64,000 nucleotides of DNA, taken from positions 68,138,001 through 68,202,000 of the forward strand of contig OZ287748.1 in the NCBI GenBank assembly GCA_965649765.1, written 5' to 3'. Positions within the stretch are counted from its first letter, which is position 1, and every line of letters begins with the position of its first letter. The position numbers and the translations under genes are program-made. Of this stretch, positions 40,388 through 54,000 are shown in pieces. This stretch comes from Bispira polyomma. Its lineage: Eukaryota. The notes beneath the pieces were generated by a model, which did no database searches, was not told where the DNA came from, and saw only the letters and a list, made by a program, of their open reading frames with translations.

Positions 40388-43300
40388 AAGTGTCGATCAT
40401 ACAAAAAGATTCATGGGTCAAGGACGAATTTGTTAAATGCTAGAGTAGATTCTAATAGATAATATCTTTTTCTCCTAATTTTGCTACTGCCATGATCAAA
40501 ATTTGAATTTTGGGTGGTCAGACAAAAGTATTTTTATTTCAGACTAAGGTAAAACCCTTAGTGTATATACCAGCCCTGGCCCCCTTTTTAAGAGGGATTA
40601 TGTAAATATTTTTCATACATGTGATAGGCTGAATGTCTATTCATATTCATATTTATACTCAGCACATATATTTACCTTCATCTGGTAATCAGAGTGCTAA
40701 TTAACCCTTTCCTGACTGAAACAGTCAACAGTCTCAGTTACTGTCATTCCCCTAACTGAAGAGAAAGGCGGGGCTGCGGTGGCCTAGTGGTTAGCAAGCA
40801 TTGCGCTTCACAATCACTGGTCTCTCACCTCTGGGCGGCGTGAGTTTGAATCCCGTTGATGCCTATGTGGGAAAGGTGGTAGTTCCTTACTGTGGGCCGC
40901 TGGTTTCAGTGCAGAACCTTGACTAACTGTATGCAGTGTTTCCTCCAGCGTTTCTAACTACCCGTCCCAATATAACCTACTAAAAGGTACTAGAGTGGAC
41001 GTTAAATATCCATATTCCAATTCAAAAATGAAGAGAGAGGCTTGAGGATGACCATTTATCAACATCCCTAAGGATCGTTACCCTGACATTGGGATATGAC
41101 CCAGTGACAGAGGACCACCATTTTAGTGGTGATCCGAGCCTTATGACACACATAATTTTAGAATGCTCATCTTTGGAAATTTATTGCACAACTGGGATAA
41201 TTGATGTTTTAAAAGCCCAATCAAAAACATCTTTAATTCAGCGCATTGTCTACACCAGTTTACATGTCACTGTAAAAAAAGTACTTAATGCAGCCCTAAA
41301 AGCTAAATAATAGCACGACATCTGAAGTTTTTTCTCTTGTGTCTCAAATTTCATACAAAAATATGTGTTGTAGTATTGTTTCCCCATTCTGGTTATTTAC
41401 TTTGGACAAAAATAGAATGACATTGGTGTGTTGCCCTTAAATGTAGAATATGTAAGAAAACCTGACCAAATAAATTTCTATCAAAAGAAACTTGACAAAA
41501 AGTAATGTCAGTTCGCAGCAGTACAATTTTTTATTCCCCCCCCCCCCCCCCCCCCCCATTTAAATATTCTTAACACTATCGAAAGGAGTAAAGGGGTTAC
41601 AAAACCTCTTTCTGTGGCTTTTACAAAGTACAGCATCTCGCAAGATGCGTTTTAACACTCCATAATTTTTTTTTTAAATTAAGATTCAAGTTATGATAAA
41701 AATTTCACTTACTCCAATGTAAATATTACTATAACGTCTCATTCTAAGGACATGAACAATATGAAGATTTTTTTTTTTGCTTGTCTCATTTTTACCCTCG
41801 TGATATGTCACATAGAATTTGTGGCAAGGGTTTCAAATTACCATGAAAACGTCAAATTGTTAATTTGTTTTCTGTGGTTTGCTGCAGTAAATTTTCTATT
41901 TTGTAGTTATCCTGGAAATAGGATGGGGTTTTTAATGATTTTGCCAGTAGTGTACCCAACACAATTGTTAAAATACATGCCTTGTTTTTTTGGTGGAAAA
42001 GTAATTTATATATGCATCTGTCAGTTTTGAAAATGTGTATATTCTCCAAATAATTAACTGCCAAGCACATGTCCAATATAATTGGATAAAGTATAAGTGT
42101 TCTTTATAATATTATTAATGCACAATGTAAATCTGTGAAGTCACAGTCAACCCCCTCTGGTTTCCCTCTTGACAAAATGTTTTAACCAAAATAAAATGAG
42201 ACAATTATATTGACAGGCCTGTTCTAAAGTACCTCATCAATATCGATAAACCATTAATCGTAATCCTAATGCACAGCGAATTGGTCATCATTAGTGGGCA
42301 ACAGTGGTGGCTTGACATAGTGCCCAGCAGTCAAACCAGGGTTGAATTTAATGTTGAATATTTAACGTCTCCTCTAGTATCTTTTAGTTAGGTTATATTG
42401 GGACGGATAGTTGTAACGCTACAGGAAACACTGTATACGGTTGATCAAGGTTCCGCACTGAAACCAGCTGCCCATAGTAAGGAACAACCACCTTATTGAC
42501 ATCAACGGGAGGTGAACTTGCGACCATTCGATCACCAGAGGTGAGAGACCAGTAATTGTTAAGCGCACTGAGCCAAACAAGAGACCAGATGATCAAAAGA
42601 CCAAGCGATATTTTTTGAGTACATCATGCTAAAGTTAAACGTTGCTCACTTATTGGTATTCTGGAAATTTAAAAAAGTCAACAACAGCAGTCAAAAATAA
42701 AGCAATGGATCCAGTCTATACTAAATAAAAAACAATATTACTGTAATTTTAGTCATTTTACAGTTTGTTGAGATTTTTACAAATGACAGAATGAAGTGAT
42801 AGAGTATTTAGATTAGTTGACCTTGTGTTGTGTTGAAACATATATATATATATATTTACACTAAAATTTTTACCACATTGAGGAAATACAGGTGGAGAAG
42901 ATTGGAATTGACATCGCCTATGATAACACAAGCCCATCTCTTACCTTCCCGGAGGGTCTCCATTTTCATTAAAGTGTATCAGGTCATCACTGTAGCTGAT
43001 GAAAGAGACATTGAGCAAATACTGCATAAACAAAGTGCCATTGATGGGCTCCATTTCTGGACATAGCCCCGTCAGATCTGGACATATGTCTCTGTACATA
43101 CGATCCAGAGCATAGGCCATGGTGTAGATGGCATTGACCACAAAGCCTAGCTTGGCGTCTGGATCATACTCTTCGGCCAGGGATTCATTGCCTAAAGCCA
43201 AAGACAGAAAAGGAACAATCTCTAACACACTTTTTTTTTATCTCCATCTGTACTCTGAAAAAATTGTTGCAAAATCCACAAAAAAAGTTCACAATTTGAA

Positions 43301-45032
43301 ACTGAATTGACAGAAAATAATGTTAGACCATCATTATACAGACACTTAATACGATTCTAATTGCTACAAAAAATACCAAAAAAAAAACCAATCATTACTC
43401 ACCAGTGCAAGCCTTGTCATATGCCTTACTCTTATCTTCTCCCTCAAGATAACATTCAAATTTCTGTTGCCAGAATTCCTGGAACCACTCATTACGGATG
43501 TTGGTCTTTGGCTTTAGGTTGAAGTAGTAATCATCAAAGTCTTGTATTGTGGGTGAATAGAGTTTGATGGAAAAGCCACCCGCAGCAATAGGCTCGATAT
43601 CTTTAACGACATCAGGGCGGACATTCCAACCATCGCTGAAAATATATAAATGGAATGATGGAACACATAGAAATAACATAGAAGCCTTATTTATGTCTAT
43701 GTCACACCTTTAGGGTTTTCGCTACACTTATGTCACGTTTGAAATAAAGTTACTTTGATCTATTGTGAGCATATGGTTGAACTCTGGACACGTTTCCAAG
43801 GGTACACAACCAATGCTTCAAACTGTTTCAAAACATCTGTCGTCAAAATGTTTCCTCCCCAAAAATGCACGCCAGTTTAAAATCTGACCAAACTTGCCCT
43901 AACGTAAGACAAAGCACTACCTAAGTTCAACGATTGGATACAAGAGCGTTTGTTTTATACGTTTCCCTACTTTGACAGGAATATGACATTTCGACCCACG
44001 GTTTGGCAACAATGTTAAATGCCACATTCAACTATGATGGCTTTGATTGTACAGGTAGGGGTAACTTAGGAATTAAGTGTGAGCATAAAACATATTTTGG
44101 AAACACATACCTCTTCTATTTTCTTGACCAAGCCGTGAACACGCCATTGTCAACCAATGCTGTCTTGTATGACTATTCCTTTCGCCTTACCATGAATGGT
44201 GTGCATTAGAAGATGCATTCAAAATTCATATTACCATTACAGATAAAACTAAACATAATCCAGTCACATGTTATAGGCAAGAAATACATTGTCTGTTATT
44301 GCCAGAAGAAGATTTAGCTTAGAAAATCTCATTATAGATCACCCATCAGTCTTCAAATGTTCAGTCTACTTACATGATCTATCAAAGAATATGACAAACT
44401 TGTAGAAAGGATAAAACACGGGACAGTTTCAATGGGCAAGTTACACTTTAAGAAAAGACACACATGGCAAAAATTAGAAGAGGGAGACAATCACCTTTGG
44501 AAAAGAGAAAAATCACTAAACCAAGAGCCAAAACAGGTCAAGATCTCAAGGAAGGAAGCCACAAATTATCGCAAAACTGTACAAAATCTGACAGGCATAA
44601 AGAGGATTAAGTAAACTTTAAGTAAGTAAATATCTAGAGCATCTGTCTTATGGCAACCCCAAATTGTGGGGTTATGGAGAGGTGACATCTTTTGAGGAGG
44701 TTTAAAACGAAGTAAATGTTTTAACTTTGGAGACCCTAGTCAGATAGAGAGGATGAGCCATGATGAAGAAACGGTTTTTTCAGTGAAAACATAAGGTGAC
44801 AGTCTATTGTACATCCTGAGGTAAAAAAAATTCATAATGACTATCGTGTTAGGAATTTTTTATAGAGGTATTTTTAATCTAGGTTGAAGTGCTTAAAATC
44901 GAGTTAAGCTAAATATTCGCCAACTTATCTTAATTTTACTTAACTCATTCTTAGTTAATTGGCTTTGCATTCATTGTTAACAAAATAGTTTACTTAAGGT
45001 CGTGCATTGAATACATAATTTTTTTTTTTTTT

Positions 45033-45063
<31 letters not shown>

Positions 45064-48000
45064 GGGATTGGGATATTTAACGTCCACTCTAGTACCTGTT
45101 TAGGTTATATTGGGACGGGTAGTTGGAAATGCTGGAGGAAACATGACATGATGAGAACACCTGCAATACAACAGAGACAACAAAAGTATTTACACTTGGT
45201 TTTCAAAAATGCAAGCCAATGAATCACTCTTATGCGGAAGAGATTGAAACTATAAATTACCTACTGCTAAATCTAATCTTTGGATTCAAGAATTTTGGCT
45301 GCAGTAAAATCCAAAGCAATATGAAAATAATACAAAATGTGTCCCTAGCCCTGGCTCCCTATAGCCTCGTATATACTACAACTTTAAAGCCAATAGTAAA
45401 AATACATCAACCAGAAACATGAAAATTAACTCGTTTAGAATAACAAGCAGGAACTGATAACAAGATGTGGTAGAAAACATACATTTTAAATTCTGAAAAT
45501 AGAAAATACATCTACAGGAGAACTTATTAAATCATATTGGGTTTGAATTTGAATTGGGATATTTAATGTCCACTCTAGTACCTGTTTAGGTTATATTGGG
45601 ACGGGTAGTTAGAAACGTTAGAGGGAACACTGCATACAGTTGATCAAGGTTCTGCACTGCCAGCGGCCCACAGTAAGGAACTACCACCTTTCCCACATAG
45701 GCATCGACGGGAGTCTAACTCACACTGCCCAGAGGTGAGAGACCAGTGATTGTGAAGTGCAATGCTTGCTAACTACTAGGCCACCCTGAATACATAATAA
45801 AAACATGTAATCTGTATATGAAATGTCCAAAATAAAACATGATTAAATGCTATGAGAATTATTTTACTAATTCCTTAAAACATTTTTAATAGATATACCC
45901 TAAATTTAAAATCTTTGAGTTTTTATGTTGTTGCTGTCTACTTTTGTCAGTTACAACCGATGAACCCAGAGGACACCCCCACAAAGTGTCATCCTATATC
46001 TCTACAGTAAATAAAGTACAAGAATCTCTTCTCTATTAGTGTTGATTTAAGTCCTAATGTTGCTCCCTTTGGAATGGACCATGTGGGTTAAAATAGGAGA
46101 GACTGTAGTCGATGAGACAAAGAGATAAACTTGACACAAATGGCTTCTTTTGACCGAGAGGCTTTTTCTAATTCAGCCTTATCATTTTCAATCTTCTGCA
46201 AGCTGACAGATTTACTGTAGTCTGGGAGACATAGGGGATTACTGCATATACAAAGAGAGATCCCTTCCCTAATGTTAAGCTAATACATGTTAAATATATT
46301 GCTATCAGAAGGAGTAGAACAACGCCATTAATGATAACTTTAATGATAATTATTAATAGTTCAACAAAATGCTTCTTTAACTGCAGGGTTCTATTCATCT
46401 GCAACATATGGATATCAAACATGGCTTCAGTTTTTTCAAAGTTAAGTTCTACTGAAATAATAGTTAAGCAAGCTGCTCTAATGAAGGAGAAACTACAAGC
46501 CAGATACCAACCTGGGACATCTGATCACAGCTTTGTAACGGTGGGAAATTTGCTGATGACAAAATAAATGTTTAAATTTTTTTAATTAGGTTTTACGTTG
46601 TTTCCAACAGCTTAGTTCATATGATGATGTCCAGATTTAATGGTGGAAGAAGCCAGTACTTATACCCCTGTAAACCACCCACCTGTGGCTAGTTCCTGAC
46701 AAGTACCTTACCCAGATGAAAGAATAAACGGGATTTGAACCAATGTTAGTGATGGGCTAGTTAGTGGCTATAAAGCCAATACTGCTAACCACAAGGCCAC
46801 CGCGGCCTAAAACATCCGTGGCAAAATTCCTAGTGAGAAGCTTGACCAAAACCGTTTAAATATTAATCACACCAAAATATTAAAGTACATCTTTCTGGTA
46901 ATGGCAGATGATTGTCACATTTATGGCGGGATTGGGTGATGAAATATGGTTGCTTATTAGCACAAAATGAGGCCGGCTGCTCAACCTGTAATAATTCAAG
47001 CAAATATAAGGTTCTCATTAGTGACGTTGTAAAATTCTTGGAAGTTACAACCTTTTAAAGTTCTTGGAATTTTAAAACAAATTACCACATCCTAAACAAA
47101 ATATTTTATTGCAAGAAGTGATTCTTATGTTGGGGATATCTAATTGATGTTTCTGAGAATTATACATTTAGCCACATCCTGAGAAAGCATTCACTAAAAG
47201 ATATCATCTATCTCAGTTGTGAGCATAGTAACTGTTTAAAAAAAGTTTTTTTAAAGTTTGGCAAATGTTTTTTATGCTTTTCATATACTTAGTAAGACCA
47301 GTATTACATAAGAAATTTGATGTTCTGTTTTTTGCATTTCACAAGAGGAAGTTTCCCAAGGAAAAGCGTCCGTTCTTTTCAAGTCGAGGGGAAGACTGAC
47401 GTCGGTTCCTTTCTTTGGGGCGGTGATTTATGAGGCAGCAGTTTTTTTTTTACTTTGGTGACTGCAGTCGAGTAGCTTTAACAAAACAAAATTCTAGTTC
47501 ATCTACCAAATAACATTTTTGAAACTGCAAATTATTTTTTAGGTTGCAGATTTTAAGCTAAATTGTACAGTATATAAAATGAAGTTGTTTTAGTGATATC
47601 AATATGCATATTTGATCTTTGATATAATGATGGTGTCATATGCTAATTAAGTGTAGTTTAAGCTGTTGATGCAACCTTAACATGGTATTATTACACCCTT
47701 GAGATACTTCGATATTTGGATTTAGTAGCAATTGACCATTAGATGGAAATAGAGACATTTGTGACATAACAATTTACATTAAACATGCCATGTATATATA
47801 TATATATATCTCAGCCAGAATTAAACGCTGGGATTTCTTCTTATAAACATTCTTCACTTAATGAAAGTAACATATGCCTCTTGTCTGAGTGCTATTATGC
47901 TTTTATAAGGAACCATAACTTCCGGTCAAAATGATGACACCTTAGCAACCACAGTCAAAGTGATAATGTTTGAATGTTAGGTTTCACTGGATAAGTGATA

Positions 48001-51000
48001 AAGTTCTACACAGCCTGGTAAACCCCCCCACCCCCCCACCCCCCCACCCCCCCCACCCCCATTTTTTTTATGTAAGTGCCAGTAAATTTAGCCATTTCCT
48101 TTATATCTACCTGGGGACTTGGAGGTGCTAATATCAGGCTTGCTTTCTCGCTTTCTGGTGGGGGTTCTTTTTACTTCTTCTAACTTGATTAAATGAAGGA
48201 TTTTATGTAACTCCCTTTACAACAAACTTGTCATGCTGTGTTAATTTACAGGTTGATTCTTTTCTTAGAAATAGGCAATTATCCAATCTTTTGTGTGTGT
48301 TTTCTTAGTGTGTGTTTTTATACTATTCCTGTGTAAATAGAGAATGTTTTCAAATGGTCGCTCTCAAGATTTATGTCATAGAGAAAAAGAAAAATTGTTT
48401 ATATATGTTTGCTATGGCCATTTTGTAGAAATAAATCAATGAGATATAGGCTGCAGATGATCACTCTTGACAGACAGGCAGTTATTCAGCTGCTATAGCT
48501 TTCTTGCTGTTTTTATTTCTTAGCATTGCATATCAAATTCTTAGGATTGGATCCAATTCGGGAATATGATGCAGATAAACAGGGACGACAACCCCATACA
48601 ATATTATTTTGTTTTATTTTATGAAGTATCACAATTGAAAATATGAAACTTCGAATAGGAATCTTCAGCCTGCTTCCTGTAATTTGCGACAACTATTTTG
48701 ATGCTGTATCCTAGCATAGATTCATTTATCTGGATAAGACAATGGTTTGGAAACAAGTGAATGCAAGTCTGTAATGGTGTTCAAGAAGATTCTTATTCAT
48801 AGATTTGTCTCAACCTCCTTGATTGGCTAAAAATTATTCTTTCGAAAAATCTGATTGGCTGAGACTACTAAAATTCTAAGAATTGTATTGTAAAATGTTT
48901 GTGAATACAGACTTAGCCTATATCTATTGCCATTGTCTTAACTTGGTATCAAATTTATCGGCATATATATACGTTTCCTCCTCTTGAAAGACACATATTA
49001 ATATGTAGATAAACGCCAAGTGGCAACAAATTATGTAAACTTAATGGAGTACGAGGGCCTTTGGGCTATTATAAAACCCAATCCAATTAAAATATCATTT
49101 TTGAATGAAAATTGAAATTAAATTAAGAATGCTTTTTCAAATAGTTACTTTAATAAATGGTAGAACAACGCTACCACTACAATATTTTCTAGTGCTATAT
49201 TATTAGAAAATAATGTAGTGGTACTTCAATGGCAATGCATACCGCTTGTTTTTTTGTTTTTTTTTAAATATTAACCCTCTCTGGCTTTAGAAGAAACCTT
49301 AAGACCCATCTCTTCACCCTCACTTACCCTCCATAGACATCTTTATCCTTCACATCACCCCTTGATCACAAATTTGCTTTGGAAATGGACTATGATTTTC
49401 ACAACTTTATCAATGATGTCGCGCTTTAGAAGATGCCTAGCATCAATTAGGCACATTAAAAAATCTATCAAATAATACCACTATTAATGCTTATAATAAT
49501 ACATATAAATGCAGACACAAAATTAGCTAAATCATTACACCACACTTAAATTACATATAAAGTACTTAAACACTATTAAAGAAGCTTTCACCTTTAAATT
49601 CTAAGAAGACATTCAGACAGCAAGGATTGAGACAGAAGAAACTCCTTGTCCTAGTAATCTAGGTTTTCTTTTTAGGCTCTTACTCCTGGCTTTTATTAAG
49701 TTGCAAAGTGATTTGTTGGGGGGTGCGGCACAGTCTGTGATTATGAAGGCAATTTTCCATTGCTTTATGATGTCAGGCTGTTTACCATAAACATATTTGC
49801 GGGGCTGATGCGCACCCCGATGTTGTTATGGTGGGGTGGCCATCAGGGGCTGAGGTAAGGCTCTGCATAATGATGAGATCTTACACTTATTGCCTTCTGT
49901 ATAGGTTTTTGTTGGGTTTGCGTTGTTTTTGTATTGGTGTGTTTTCAAGGTCACCTAAAACTCCTTATTTCAATTCTATATTACAAACAGAACCATTGAT
50001 TGCTTGTATCAGCCATTGCATATTACAAGAAAATAAAACCTCTGTGTAATATAACTATAATATTAGCAAATCTTGCTATCTCTCCTTAATCAATGTCTTT
50101 AAAGTCAATTATGTAAACCTTGTTTATATCTTTGTAATTGGACAAAGAAGCTGCTAATTTTACACCTAAATTTAACTAATTTTGTAAACAAAACGTTGTA
50201 ACTTGTTATATTTTCTACATACATGTGTATTGTAAATATTATTGATATACACAATTGTATTGGATTTATCCTCTGTTTGAAAGTGCATTTGGTGATCAGA
50301 TGATATTGATATTTTCATTGATGTATTTCAATATATGAAAAATATACTGTACTTTTTTGCATGTCAACAAACAGGCTCTTATTTCTGCAAGTCTTTCTAT
50401 TTGCTAGAATTGGCTATTATGTTAGACATAATAATTTACAATAACTGACAATCCAGCTGCCATGCCATAAGATCCTGAAATAGACACCAGACCAAAGTAC
50501 AAGACACCATCATCTTTTGAACAGCAATAGAATGTTTTCGTCTACTCCCAACAACATGCAAAAAATATTGCAGCAAACAAGAAGACATAACTTTTTCCCT
50601 GTTTAGAATTGAGACCCATTGCACACGGCAAAAACTCCCGAGACAAACCTTAAAGAAGTCTGTTTTTGACAAGTCATTATTTTTCCAACCAAAATGTTTT
50701 TGTCTTTTTACTGGTTTCCAACTTCCAATCCACTTGCAAATTTGCAATATTTGTTTGTTTAGATTTATTTAATTTTCAACTTTCATGTTATTTGTGGTGT
50801 ACAGTAAGAACACTCCTCTAGTAATTTGGACTTTTTTTTTGTTTCTAAATTAAAGGTACTTCTGTATTACATCAGTATTGACAGAACAGTATGTCAAGCA
50901 AAGCAAGTAGTTATATAATCTTTTAAAAGACTGTTGGAAGGCAATGATTATAAATTAACACCTGTTAAAAAGCTAATAAGAGGATGGTAATAAATGTAAT

Positions 51001-54000
51001 AAAAACAGTTAAAATAAAAATTATTTTAAATAGTACTCTTAATTAAGAAAGAAAACATTCAACTCAGCTTATACTGTAAGTGTTGAAAAAATCAAATAAA
51101 AGGTTCCTATTTCTTGCTTTCGTTTGATCAGAAGGGGAAATTATCTTTCACATCAATTCTAAAAAGTAAGAAATTGTTTGAAATTTGATTCTGATGTATA
51201 ACATAACATAGTGTTGCATTGTCTATTATATTTGTTATCGTTTTAAAGCCTATAGCTTATTTTTGACAATATAATATTGACAGTATTTTTACTTTCATTG
51301 CAATCAGAGTTAACTCAACCATTAATATATAGAAAATATAGGGACAGTGGAATTAAATAATTTTTAAATGTCTATGTAGTAATTTATGTATCATTCTATA
51401 TTGTTTTACAGAGAAAACCAATGCATGTTCTTCCATGGACACACTGAAACATGTTTTGGCAAGTCTGTTCAAAATTGATAGTCTTTGTGGCTATATTATA
51501 GATCTAGGATATGGTGGTGTGGTGGGGTTTTACATCAAAAACTCACCCGGCTACCACCCCTCAGTCCCAGATTGTGCAGCACTCTTGCTATTTCAGGCAC
51601 CTCCTACCGTTTATTCATCATAATCCATCACTGGTGACTTAATGTTACGTGAAATCTGGCAACTCTCGACATAATGCAGAGTGTGATTAAAGGCTACTGG
51701 CTAAAAGGGGATGGGGAGGGAGGGGGCAAAAGGCTATAGTGTTTTGGGAGAAAGAGTATGTGTATGTAAAGAGAGAGCAATAGGCGGGGGTGGGGGGGGG
51801 TGGTGGTAGTAAGGGTAGAACAAGGGTTTTTATCAGGCACAGTCTGTATTCTGAAAAGAGCGTTGCCATTGAACAGGGTGATGCCATCTTTGAAAAAAGG
51901 TAGCGCTTTCGTGAATTGGTTGGAACCAATCAACCCATCCAAACTGAGGGGTGTCAGATCTGTAATTAGTAAATATATAGTAGCCATATCCACGTTAGGG
52001 TATTTTACACTTTGCAAACTGTGTCTGTTTTTAAATTCAATATCTTGTTTTTCGGAGATGAGGGTTTCCTCTTAATCTAAGGTTAATTTAGCAAAACAAC
52101 AGCTTTGAGAACACCAAATTATTGCCTGCACTTTGTGATGATTATTGGGTGTAGCTTTTTTATATCTTCTCTTTAATAATGAGATATGACGTACATTGGA
52201 GTATTTTTATACATATATCCATTATAGCTTTTCAATTTGGTGGCATTTCTGTATAGTTTACATATGTTATATATATAGGGGTAATATGTCTATTATGTGG
52301 GTTAAATGTCTGTTGTGCAGTTAGTTATATAGTATGGGGATGCAGTTGAGCTATGTTGGGAGTTCTGTAAAATAATTGGACTGATTTCAATGTTTTCATG
52401 ACATATGGATATTCGATATGCTTGTGATTCCTTGTTAAACAGGCTCTAATGCCCATCAAAAGTTGACAAATGACAGAGATTACCAAATATTAACTATCAC
52501 TATGTACAGATTCCATTCTGTACCTAATATAGCACATGCTCTAAAAGACACAATCACATGAATTATACACATACTTTACAGAAACTAGAAAGAAAAATTT
52601 TTATTAACCATTATTTAAATTGGTTCAGACAAACATTTAAGAGAAGAAGAATTTCTTGTGAGTACTAGCTGTGGTCTATATCTAAAATAATATTTATAAA
52701 CCTTCATAAAACTATCACTCAATGATCGGGCTCATTCCCACTCCATTCTTTGTGGTGTCACTGTACTTTTTTAACCCTTTCGAATCATTTGTTGTCTGAT
52801 GGCATTTGTTACTCCCAGAACCTATGTCCGTCGGTTTGCAGTTGACAGTTTATTTACGTAGTGATTCCCGTACCGTAGTCGGTTCTCCAGAGTATTGGTC
52901 TGGTGAACCATTCATGGTACTGCTATAATAAATATTAAATACCTCCAGTTTCCTCGCAATTGGAAATTGTTAGTCCCCCAGACTACCTGTTTAAACAAAT
53001 ATATAAATGTGTGGCCCGTATTGGATACCGGAAGTAGTATGGTGTTGTATGACTGCAGCTATCTGTAACTTATTAGCCATGAATCTATTCCCTATCATGT
53101 GTTATACCTGCACCTTTGGAGCTCCAAGTTTGGAATGAACCCAGGTCCTCTAGGTGTTAATTGAGTGTGTTACCCATTAGACACCAAGTCAACTTCTTAT
53201 CACTTGTCTTGTGAAGTAAATACCTTTTGTCACATCTAAAGTCATTGTCAACTCTTCCAGGCTTGTATTAAGAACAATCCTGTTATTACAAAGATTCCAC
53301 TGGCTCACAATCCAACAAAGAGGTAATATCCATAAATTGCCTCTCATCACCTACCAGAAATTTACATCCATATATATAAATGCCTGATATTATCTCTAAT
53401 TCAATACGAGTGAAAATAGACATTATAAATACTATTACAAATCTTATTTTTCAATTTAGCACCATCCCTATAGAACTCCCTTCGTTCTGTTATAAAAACT
53501 AGAACACCTAATCCATTGTTTTCCGTAAAAGACATTTTCATCCCATCATACTTCCACCTGACCATATATCTTTTCAGGGTAGAATAATTTTTTCCTTTTA
53601 ACATGTCTTTGTTCTTTTTGTAATGGGATATTGAATCATGACTGTGTTTATGGGTGGTTTGGGTCCACACTAGGGTGTGGAAGACTTTGTGGAAGAATTC
53701 TAAGGCGCTACATTAAATGATAATCAGGATCCTAAAATCAAAATTGACGAATAAGAAAGAAATCAACATCAAAAGATCAGCAATGGAGAGACTCAAGAAT
53801 GGGTGAATCATTAGAAAGAATTAAGGGCTTTACAAGGCTTACAGACTACACGACATGACACTACAATAAAACGGAAATATGTAAACACTATGTACACTAG
53901 CCCAGACACTGCACTACACTATCGTTGGGTGTTTCCTCAATATTATTTGTGTACAAATAGCTTTGATGATGTATTGTTCTATGTACTTTATATGGAATAC

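Noticed and set aside
40770-40860. SINE heads as tRNA genes (a TCA/CAC-containing loop suggesting Sec or Val)
   Set aside because: They have no closed acceptor or anticodon stem and continue into the SINE body with tail and TSD.
45150-45535. Possible RTE-like LINE remnant (and a CR1-like remnant at ~53240-53670)
   Set aside because: Only faint motif resemblance with many stops, not enough to support a call without a search.
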